A stretch of 64,000 bases of DNA, taken from positions 15,500,001 to 15,564,000 of the forward strand of contig OZ241826.1 in NCBI GenBank assembly GCA_965202585.1, written 5' to 3'. The position numbers and the translations under genes are program-made. This document shows, piece by piece, positions 40,534 to 52,500 of the stretch. Numbering within the stretch: the stretch's first letter is position 1; each line of letters starts with the position of its first letter. Source of the DNA: Thalia democratica (taxonomy: Eukaryota). The notes under the pieces are model-generated. The model saw nothing but the letters and a program-made list of their open reading frames with translations. It had not been told where the DNA came from and ran no database searches.

Positions 40534-43500
40534 TTAAGCGAGGCCGAATCCAACCGTGCACTCGTTGATTGCTTGGAGGAGTTTCTCGCGAAGTTTGTCG
40601 TAAGTTTCGTACAACGGCAAGTCCAACTGGTTGAAACTGAAATAAAAAAATTGCTTATAAACAAATAAATTTGTTATAACTTATGCTAAGTAATTTTTAA
40701 GGATGCAAAGAAAATAAATCTTCAGTTGATTTATTTTCATCTCAAAGTTTTAGGATTTAAAAATGTTTAACATTTCAGATTAGTAAAACATGTGTAAAAA
40801 ACTTGAACTTACAAACAAGTATTTCATTTATAACTATTTTTGATTTTTAAATTAATATTTCAATTTAATCAAAAACATTTTAATTTCTAATGATAAACTA
40901 ACCAAGTATGGGCGCAAGGTAGCCGGTCAGTGGACCTGTTGTCCATTGAAATTTGGAATAACTGGACGCCCGTCATGCCTTCCAACCTCGAAAAACCGCC
41001 AATCGGCACTTTTGACGTTCCTGTGAGGAAAAACATTTAAATAAGAACAATAACTTGGTAAAATTTTTAAATTGCAAGTCATATTTTGTTTTCCACCAAT
41101 AGGGACCTTTTGATGTTCCTGTTTAAAATACAAGATTTAAATTAAAATGAACTTTTAATACCAATCTGTGAGTGGTAACAAAGTTCCTTTAAAAAACGTG
41201 GAGTTAAAATGTGGCACTCTTATGTATAATGGTGGTTTGAAAAATAAAATAGTTTTCAACTACAATATTTATTATAAAAAAATCAATTAATTTATATATT
41301 AAGTTGAAATTAAATCCAGTGAAAGTTAGGATTTATAAACTAAGTAATAAGAATTTAGTAAAGCTAATCATTAAACTTTTGTGTTAAGCAAAACAAGTGG
41401 TATCAATTCAGTTGAATATTTTTACAAACGAAGATAAAATTTTGTTTTTTTTTTGTGTTTTGAAGAATCTAATTTAAAATTTGTTTTGAAGAATAAAGAT
41501 AATTTTAAATGAAAACTTTAAATATCAAAGAAAACAGCTCATAACATTAGAAGAGTTTAGAAAATCTTTAGCAGAAATTTAAAATCTAACTACGCATAGA
41601 GCTAGATAAGAAAAAGTATGAATTATTAAATAGTTTCTTCACATTTCAAACTCAAGTAAAACATCTACTGCTTTTAACAGGTGATTTGCTTAGATGCATT
41701 TAAAAAAGATTATAATAATTCAACAATACTTGCTTAAATATTATTACTCGTATGATTTTACTAACAAGAAACTTTAAACTTGCAAAATATACAACCAACT
41801 AACAGATGTTTGAAAAATTTAGAAATTTGATTTTGTGCCAATTTAATTCAAAACTTTATATAATAAATATAACCTAGATTTTAATTGACAAATTGAATTT
41901 TTTTTAATAGACAAAGCTATTTTAGTAAGCATAAAACCTTAAAAAAGAAAGGAAATTTGTTGGAACATAAGTGATAATTCAAGTTTCAACGATAAAAATA
42001 CATAATAAATAACCAGTAGGAAAATAATGTGTAACAACTTAGAATAAAATATACTTATTTGCTCTTAATGATAACTAGTAACCAACTAGTAGCAAACTGA
42101 AGAAACTACATTAGTTAGAAAAGCAAGAGAATTGTGCAAAGTTTGACTTCTTAATTTAATTATTACTGAATTAAAATAAACACTCAATATAACCAACCAA
42201 TAGTATAAAGGAAACAAATAAGTAATTAATTTATTATAGGACTTAAGGGCAACAATAATTTTAATGTGAATCATAAAATTGAAACTTACGTTCTGGTTTA
42301 ATAGTTATTTGCCAACTAATAAAACAAAAGTCATTTTTCAATAAGTTTAAAACCAGCAAAAAATATTTATTTATTACAATCTAATCTAATATACCGACCA
42401 GTGGCAAATTGAAAGAATTTAGCTTTGGTAGCCTTGTAGAGACTTGAGAAAAAAATATTTTAAAACCACTAACATATAACAAAAAGTTTTATTCTTATTA
42501 TTCATTTATTCAACAAACAACCAACCGGTGGCAAATTGTAGGAACTTGGCTTTGGTGGCCTCGTCGAAGGACTTCAGGGCCCGCCAGAACCACTGCACCT
42601 GCTTGCTGGCCGTGGTGAACCTCGTGTAGGTCGTGTTCGCCTTCATGTCCGCCACGTCTATGGTGGGAAGTCCCGAGATCAAGAGCTCCAGTTCCTGCTC
42701 GTCGAACATCGAGATCAGCTTGAACGGGATCACCTGGTAGAAACCCTTCAGGAAGGCGCTGTTGAGAAAATGGAAATATTTAGTTTGTGTGGAGTCATGT
42801 TGTAATTTTTTTTGAACATTTTTATTATTTATTTATTATTTCAATATACGTAATGAATTTTAACACCATGGTTGGTAAATGAATGTTAAAAATGTGTTTA
42901 CATTTTGAAACAGTTTTATGTATTTGGTCTTTAAAATATTATAATCATAAACAGGTTTACAAGTTTCATTAGCAAGAACTTAAGCTTATCAGAAACTTAA
43001 ACCGAAAGAAGAATCAATTTCTACTTTTTTAACAGATTTTTTTTTATTTGCTTGTAAACAAACTGACACTCCATTATATGTCAAACACTGAACAACTATT
43101 TCTTAATAACTTATAAACTTTAAAGTAGCACAAAAAACAAACTTGATTTGGTCTTTAATGTTGACACACATTTTGTGCTTGCAGTACAGGTACACGTAAT
43201 GTTTCTTGTTTTCCTCTGTAACTTCAATTTCGTTTCCGCCCGGCTTCAACTCCTTGTTAACCGCCATTCCGAATTCACTTTCCTGTGTGACGTAACAGTT
43301 TTGTTATTATGACGTAAGAGTTAGATTAAATGTTAGGTATAACTCTAGCATGTAAAAATTTGTCATGTTGCTTGAGATTAAAACAAAGTTGGTTATTTAT
43401 GCATTTACACTATTTTTATGAACCTTTGAAAAAAATTGCATCACGACTAAAAAAGAGACAATTTCCACAATAACATTAAGAGACTTGGCTAAAAAAAAAA

Positions 43501-46500
43501 GTTAATTAACACAGGAGCGATTGCATATATAAGACAGCTCTAAGAAAGTTTCAAAACTATAGATCTGGATATAAATAAAAAAAGGTCTCAAAAACACTAA
43601 TTTCAAAAGAAAATGCGAGACGAATTTCAACACTTAAATAAAATTCAAAAAAACTTCAAAAAATAACAGTTGAAAAAAAAATTACTAACATCAACGGAGA
43701 ATGTGAGGTAGTTTTCAACAAAAAATAATAAACAAATTATTAGAAAAAATAACTAAAATAAAAATATAATCAAACTTACATCAACGGAGAACGTGAGGCA
43801 GTTTTCAACAAAAAATAATAAACAAATTATTAGAAAAAATAACTAAAATAAAAATATAATCAAACTTACATCAACGGAGAACGTGAGGCAGTTTTCAACG
43901 CCTATCTGCTTCAGCGATTGGTCGAGCATTGAGAGCAGGTGCCTGTAGCTGCCGGGTTCCTCGGACTCGTAGTCGTGGGAAGTGACCTGCTTGCCGAGTA
44001 TGTGCTTGTAGAAAGACCTGCAGAAGTAGCACGACATGTGCTTGTTGTCGAATATCGCCTTCGCCACCACACGACCTACGAACTGTTCGAATAATTAGTT
44101 TGTTAATTGTTTTATTAATATTAATAATTTTATTGTCGAATATCGCCTTCGCCACCACACGTCCTACGAACTGTTGAGTAAAAAATATCTTAATACATAT
44201 AAGACTTTCTTAGTTAGTATGATATAGAAAAAATATGCCATTTATGAATATAAAAACATCTACTTAAATTGTGAGATAAGAATTATTGCTCTTCCTAAGA
44301 ACTGTTCAAATAAAAAGGTTTTTATTAATAGTTTAGATTATTTATTATTCGTTTCTGAATATCGCCTATGTTACCCAGGAACTGTTGAATAAAGTAAATA
44401 ATTAAAATTTAGATGTTATAAAAAATATATTAACTAGAGTTAAAAACTAGAGCCTTTGTCAATAGACGAGCTTATTATTATGCCAAGACTTTGTTAATTA
44501 GTCAAAAATAAAAACATTTTAGTTAGAACATTACATATTTGGATGACAAAATTAGAATTGTGTATAAGCAACTTAAGATATAGTAAAAGGATATTTAGTA
44601 TGTTTTTACTTTCAATTGTAAAGAACATATTAGATTGAAAAAATACTTAAAAAGTTACAAGCCAATCACTTGTGCTTTATAGTTCCTGTTAATAAAGTTT
44701 TGGTAATCAAGAAACCGCTATCTCATCATATTACTGAGAAATATTGTTTGCATACAAACAATTGACTGCTTTGTTTTTGTAATAACCTAACTATTTTTAA
44801 TGATAAATAAATCCAGGTTTGAACGTTTAAGTTTTTTTACAAAACTACTTTGAATATGGTTTATAAATATTAGAATGGAATAGATTCAAGCGGACTTACA
44901 TAGTGTTAAATGAAGTAAACTGTAAAACATATTTCAAACATGAATTAAAGCAAATGTGCAAAATTTAAGATACATTCAGCTTGGCAAACAATTTATTCCA
45001 AATGCAAATACGCCAACGCATTAAGCCGATAATGCGATGTAATATTTCTAGCAATTGACCAAACACTTATCTCGTTATGTAACATTGAAAATTATCCACT
45101 ATAAGTATTTAAAACGTTGAAAACACCTAGATTAGCATCTTTCATTGATTAAAAAAAGATGATTCATCAAAAATTCAATGGCCCAGTATTTTAACTGATT
45201 AAATTAAATAATAAATTATTAGCATTTAAACTATTAGCATTAATCAAATGAACGGATATTCATTCACTAAAGGCACTTACAGCGTAAATAACACCTAGTA
45301 AAATCGGTTCAACGTATTTCATCAATTATTCGAAACAAAATGATTTATCAAAATTCAGTAACCCAGCGTTTTTTCTGATTGAATTAAAAAAACAAATGAC
45401 GTCTTAAAACAACGTTTCCACCGCTAAAGCGAAACTCAAGTCCGCACTGAGCTTTAATAATAATCATGATAGCATTTCTCGAGAAGCGTGCTTAATGTAA
45501 GTGAAAAAATTACTCAAGGAAAATAGAAAGTTGGGTATCCACTTGTGTTTGGGACTTGCGTACTCAAGTTTTGCGAAATTTTAAAGTGAGCAGTTTTAAG
45601 CGTTTTGTGTCAAAAATTTATTTTAAGAAAAACAACTGTTTACTGTGATGTTAACTTATCGGTAAAAGCTAATTTCAGGCAAACATTTAATTTGCACAAA
45701 TAAAAAACGTTAGAAAAAACAAATATTTGCCGTGTATTGCAATGTTTATTTTTTTTATGTTAAGTTTATCTAACGATTTTTTAAACTTGTGCTTTATTTG
45801 TTCATTTTCAGTTATTTAAACATAAATTATTTCAATTTGTTCAAATTACTGTAAATATTAATTTTTAACTGGAATGTAGATCAAACAAAATATAAGTTAT
45901 GATGTTATACTATACTATTTTAACTATATTACATAAAAAAAAGAATAATGTACTTTTTATTTAATACTCTACTACAGTTCGTTAATGGTTAATAAAACAA
46001 CTAAAACTTTTATTATTTAAAAACAAAATTATAATAATTAAAAGTGAAAATTCATACCAAGTATATCATTTACACTAATTAATTTTCATATCAAATTTTT
46101 GTACAAACTTTTAAATTTAAACTTATTATTTTTAAATATTAACCAATATTATTTATTCAACAACTTACTTCGAAATACTGCAAATGGGCGGGGTTTATTG
46201 TCGAAGTTGGGTTTATCGCGTAGCAACCGTGACCCTTGTACATGAACAAGCAGTAGTTCTGATTGAATATCTGCTCACTAATCACCTGACATAATTTGTA
46301 TTATTATTCTATGTTATTATATTTATATGATTTTTATTGTAATTTATGTATTATTATATTATGTGTTAATTAAATATTAATTGTATACTTAATAATTATG
46401 ATTGAATATCTGCTCACTTATGACCTACTAATGTATATGTATTACATTATTTATTTAACAAATTATTCAATATATATAGAACAATTTAACAGCTTTAATT

Positions 46501-49500
46501 GAATATCTGCTCAATGATAATGTATTGTATATTTATTATATTACAATTTTTTTATTTTTTTTCAATTAGGATAATTTTAATAATATTTACCTGATACCAC
46601 TCCCTCAAAACACCACCTGCGTCTTGACCGTCCTCATCCTTGAAAGTGACGTACAACCTGAAAAATAAAAAATATAATTATTAATTTAATTGAATGTACA
46701 ACCTGAAAAATTATAAAATTAATTATTAATTTAATTGTACGTACAACCTAAAAAATGATAAATATAATTATTAATTTAATTAAATTACAATCTGAAAAAT
46801 AATAAACATAATTATTAATTCATTGAATGTTACGTACAACCTGTTTTGATTAGTTGATAGTTAGTATGAGTTTATCATTAGTTATATATTATATATATTA
46901 CATATATTTTATATATAAAATTCTGACTTGGTAATTGGTAATAAAGGTTTTTAATGAGATTTGTAAGCTTACAACCTGTTTATAAATGATAACTATAACT
47001 ATTAAATAAAATGAATGCAACATATAACCTTTTTTGATTTGATTGTTAGCTAATTATATATCTATATTTGTTATAGTTTTTATATAATAAAATGTAAGGT
47101 TGGATTGGTTAATAACTGGTGTTTTTGTGACTATTTGAATGTCACAGCTAAAACTTGTTAATTGGTATAGTAGATTTTTGATTGGTCTTTTGGAAGTTTA
47201 GGAAGTTTTAAGTGGTTAATAATTATTTTTATCTGGTATTTAACTGTAGTTATAGTCTGATTTCTATTGATTAAATCATAAGGAGAAAATTTCAGTTGGC
47301 TAATTAGAAGTAGGAATAGTTTGTTTGTTTTTAATTTATCACATCACCTGTTTGAGTATTGACATTTTAAATGCCACGTATACTTTGGTTAAACATGGAT
47401 TTATTTATTAAGTGTCAGTTAGTAGATTAAGGTTTAGGTATTAAGATTAAGATTTAGGTAAAATAGTAGAAAAAAAACAAATATTATGATAAAATTGCAT
47501 CTTACTCATTAAATTTATAATTTACTTTAGCCTTAAAAGACCTCATGATCAAAACAAAACCTTAAAATGTCACATATAGTTGAAATTAAACTTATTTTTT
47601 ATAATTTTCAAAATTAACTTTTTACTTGACCTTTTCTTTTTGTGGGCAATTGTATAACAAAATATATTTTAATTAAAAAAGTTTATAATATAAATGTAGC
47701 AATTTTTGGCGCTAACTCAATAAGGAAGTGAAGAGATTATGACTAATTTAATTTCGTTTCTCAGAAAAAAAGATTAAACTCAATAAGTTTTGGTAGAAAC
47801 TGAGTTTAATAGTTCAAACTCAAAAAGTTTTATAGGAAAACAACTAAAACTTATTTGTTGTATTCCAATGCTTACAAACATTTTTTTATGAAGAACAAAA
47901 TAATTAAAAAGATTATACTTCAGTATAAATTTAAATGAAAAACTCCAGTAGACTGATTACAAACACTTCCGCTTTATATTCGTTTAATTAATATTATTAG
48001 ATTAAATAATGATTATTAAAATCTAGTAATTTATTACTTGTATGCTATAGCAATTTCTGTAATGACAATTTCCAAACATGATTTAATTTATTTCAACACT
48101 AGTTCTTCTGAGCAATAACTTAATCTTAACAAGATAAACGCTTCGAGGATATGAGGAAAAAAAATATTATCAAGACTTTATATCGTACTTACATTAAAAC
48201 TGCTACTTATATAGTTTTATTTGTACACAATTTTACGCTCACTATTTATCTAAAAATTCGCATAAAAAGCAAGTTCTTGACAAAATTCAATTTTATTTTT
48301 TGGTTACAAAAGTTGACGCGTAAGTAAATTCAGCTGTAATTGTAAATCTAACATATATATATTTTTAATTTAATTATTCAAAACCAAGCTTGCTCTGAGG
48401 TCGGTTTTACGTTTATACAAAAACTTCCAATTAGTATTATATTTGTTACGTAATTTTGAAAACTTAGTTCTTAAACCAGCACCGGAAGTCATAGAAAAAA
48501 AAGCGCTCATAAGCTAACAAAGCTTCAATCATAAACTTAACTTTGTCTAAAATAAAATAATAAACATATAATAAGAAGATATATAACATTAAAAAAAATA
48601 ATTATATAAGCATATATATTTAACTTAAAATTATTATGTTTATATCACGAAACAAAAATTCCAACCTTGCTCTGAGATCGGCACTAAAGCTTACAGTTGA
48701 AAAACTCAAGTAAAAACAACTTTAATACAAATATTAAAATTAACATTTTATTCCTAATTATCATATTATCTTTAATAAACCAACCTAGCCCTGAGATCGG
48801 CGCCGGACTTCTTCTGGAACTCCCTGAACGAGTCCTCGAACAAATTTTTCCTGCTCACCTTCAGCTGCAGGTCGTCCCTGCTCCTTGAGCTTCCTGAAGT
48901 CTCGCTCAGCTTGTCCAGCTGCTGCCGGAAGTGCTTCCGCTTCACGTCGAAGTCCAGGACGCGCGTGTGCGTTGCCAGGACGCTGAAGGGGCCCGTTGCC
49001 AGGGGGACGGTGGACTGGCGCAGGATCTGGTTGAGGACGGTGCGGTGGCGATCGGCGAACCTGCGGAAGTTTGTTTGTGAAAAAGGAGAAAGGGAAGAAC
49101 AAAGGAGAAATTTCTTTGTAGAGAGAAAATAGTACAAGTAGTAATTAATAATAAAAATTAATAATAATCTATTAATGTTAATAAATAAAAAAAAATTATA
49201 AAAATAAAAATAATAGTTCAAGTACAGAACCTATTAATGATGTGTCTCTAATTGTATCTTGCACCCAAACATCAACAGCTGACACAAATTGTTTTTATTG
49301 TTTTGTACCAAAAAGGAGTTGGAAATTTTTTATTATTAAGTTTCAAGTTGAAATAAAATTGATGAACTTAACCCCATAAAAAAAACCTACTTTTTACATG
49401 TTTTTTTTTCTAACTGCAGATAAAAGCGATAAAATGCAAACAAACTCCACAAAAAAACAACTAGGTAAACTGAAACTACTAAATTTTGGATCAAATATTA

Positions 49501-52500
49501 ACATACTCATTAATTTTATTATCATCAAATACAGTCGACACTTACTTGAGGAACTCTTTCTCGTTCTTGGGCATCTTGTCGTCTATCAGACTCGATTCGG
49601 ACTTCTTCGCGTCGAGGTCTTCAAAGAAGTGCTCGAAGTCGTCCCTGGTGAACATTTATTATTATGAAATAAGTAGTTTATTATTATTTATTATTGTATT
49701 CAATGATCGTTCATTAATTAAAAATCAAGTTTTTTATTACCTGGTACTCTCTTATTTATCGCTTAACAAATAATATCAGATAATATCTATTAGGACGTTA
49801 TTTGTTTGAAACTAAATCAAACAATCATTTTTAACTTTTTATTTTTTTTATTCATTATAGTTTAATTATTTTTTAAATGTTTTTATTACCTGGTGAGCCT
49901 CTTCATGACTTCCTCATTCTCGTTCCTGCTCGTGGACGCGTCCTCCTGATCGGGTTGGTCCTGCTTGATGTCGAAGGAGTGGACGAGGAAGAACGCCTCC
50001 ACTGCGGGCTGTTCAAGTGAGGAGAAAGGTTAAGTTAGGGGATATTAGTGGGTGGAACTCATGTTGTTACTATATATTTTAGAGAATTAATATTTATCAT
50101 GGTAGAGTTATATTATAAAGTTAATGATTGGTATATGGGATTTTCTCTACCATACTAACAAAAATTAAAAAAAAGGAATGAAAAAAAACTGTCTTAAACG
50201 AATGTTTTAAGGGGTTTGTTGAAAAGTTACTTAGAGGAAATCTTAACTGCGGGCTGTAAAGTGGAAAGATGTTGGTGAGGTAAGTGTATGCTCTAAGTGT
50301 TGTTTTTTAGAAAATCGCTTTTTAAAACTTTTTAAGGGAATCTTAATTTATCAAGATGTTAATGGTGAATAAACCGTAGACAAGTTTTTAAATAACTTGG
50401 TGTGAATTAGAAAAAAAATCTTTTACTGTTGAAAACATTTTTCCTAAGGTTAAAAACAGACTTAACCAAATAAGTATTATATTAATTCAGGATTGAACAA
50501 CATAAATGATATTACTTGTAATACAAGCACTGCGTGTTCGTCTCCACTTTTTTCCAATTCTTTCAAACAATCACCGAGGACTTTCCACAAGCTCTCAAGT
50601 TGCAATTTCTCTGCTAGTGTGGCTGTTTGCAAACATAAATAAACATTAATAACTTATTTTGTTAGTTATTTTATATTGACAGAATATAAGAAAAAAATAC
50701 TATCATTAATATTTTTTTACCATAAAAGATTAAATACCAACCAAATATCAAAATCAAATTTTAATATGTTTAGATTATATGTTGAACGAAAACCGTATCT
50801 TACAAATAAGAATTCAAGGAATGCAAATTAATTCTTATATTTATAATTTACTTACATAATTACAATATTTTTTAATCAGTTCACCAACCTTGCGTTTCCT
50901 CCGGTTTGTTTTCAGTTGTAGTACCCTGACCGCTTGTCGAAGCTTCATTGTTCCTGCTACTGCCACCCCTGTTTGAACCCTGCGACCTCTGCTGGTGCCT
51001 GGTGACCCACGAGGGGAGGGGGTAGGCGGCGTTGAGAGCGTCCATGTCCAATAAAGAGTCCCCGTCGAACAAACCGAACTGGGTGTTGGGGTGCTCTGCA
51101 ACGGCTTGGGTGTACAAAACTTGCGGTTTAATTGTTTGTTTTATTTACAAAAACGAGTTTAGTTATTTTTGCGTTCATGTTTCAAATATTGTCTTTCTCT
51201 GGATAATTGTATATTAAAAAAACCAGTGGGAGAAAGAGAGTCCTCAAAATTTTAAGTTTAATCAAAACCTGAAGCTGAACTCAAATCGATTTAAAACAAA
51301 CGAAGTTAGGTGTAAGAAAATTTTTCACTTGAAGTGCAAAACTTAATTTCAGCCTTTAAAACTGACTTTAAGCAAGGTTTAAGACCACTTACTGACTTTA
51401 GTCTGTGAGGAGGAGCTTGTTTAACTTAACAAAAAATAAAATAAACATACGTCTACGCCATCTTCTAATCTGGCTCCTGACTTGATTGGAGTTGGGAACG
51501 AAATTGAAGTACTGATGTTTGCCTGATGTTTGCAGTTGCAATATAACCTTCAGTATTCTCAAGAAGAACGCCTGTTGAGTTCATGTAACGTTTATTTATT
51601 TTACAAGCTAGTAGAGTATTAGAGTTTTTTTTTACTGACTAGGACTTATTTAACTTATGCTTACATCAAAATCCATTACTTAAAAACTACAAATTAAACG
51701 AAACAGTATGTTTCTCTTGTTAAAACTACAAATATTAATTTTAAAGCTGTACTAAAAATATTACCAATTGTAATTTTACCTGTCTGCTGGTTTTGCAGGT
51801 AAGGGGTTGCATGCTTGGAAGTTGAAGGTCTCTCGCCAATTTGTCGTCTTTCTTCAGCACCAACTTCTTATCTTTGTCGAACCTGTTTGCATATTTTGTT
51901 TTTATTACATTTAAGTATATTGAAGTTTATTAACTTATAATTTTTCTTCAACACCAACTTTTTATCTTTGTTGAACCTGCATGTATGTTGATAATAATTT
52001 TTGTTTTTAAATACAAGGTTGTATGAAAAAGTTGAAAACTTAAATTTGGTTGGAGTTTGATTGTAACAGCCGTTTTAAAAAAACTAAACGAAATTTAAAC
52101 ATACTTGAGTAAAAAATGTCGAGTTAACTTTCAAGTTAATACAAAATCATAAAAAAATTAAAACTTTACTTTAATGTAATTGTTAACAAAATGTCACAAT
52201 TAGAATGACACGTATACAAAGCATGACTAACATTAAAACAACTGGTTCAACTGTAAAAATCGTGCTATAAACTGCCAGCTTTAGCAACATTTCTATTGAC
52301 GTATTTTTGCTCAATAATGTTGCAATAACTTTTAATTGATTGATCAGTTTCTTAGAACTTTTAAGTTCACTTGACTTGCTTAACTTTTAAAACATTAAAT
52401 ACCCTAAATAACCACCTTTTTTAAAAATATAAACTTTACTGGTAGCGTCAGGCAATTAAATTTTAACAATAATTATTTGTACATTTATGAAACAAAAATT

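Larger units (their letters stand above)
40534..49060 (-). other. HUWE1: HECT domain-encoding exons of HUWE1
   Basis: [56 protein letters not shown] and catalytic AHTCFN. Confidence 0.95.

Noticed and set aside
43703-43712. TGAGGTAGT on the + strand, resembling a let-7 5' end
   Set aside because: It arises from a mutation in the HUWE1 donor echo. There is no complementary arm or hairpin.
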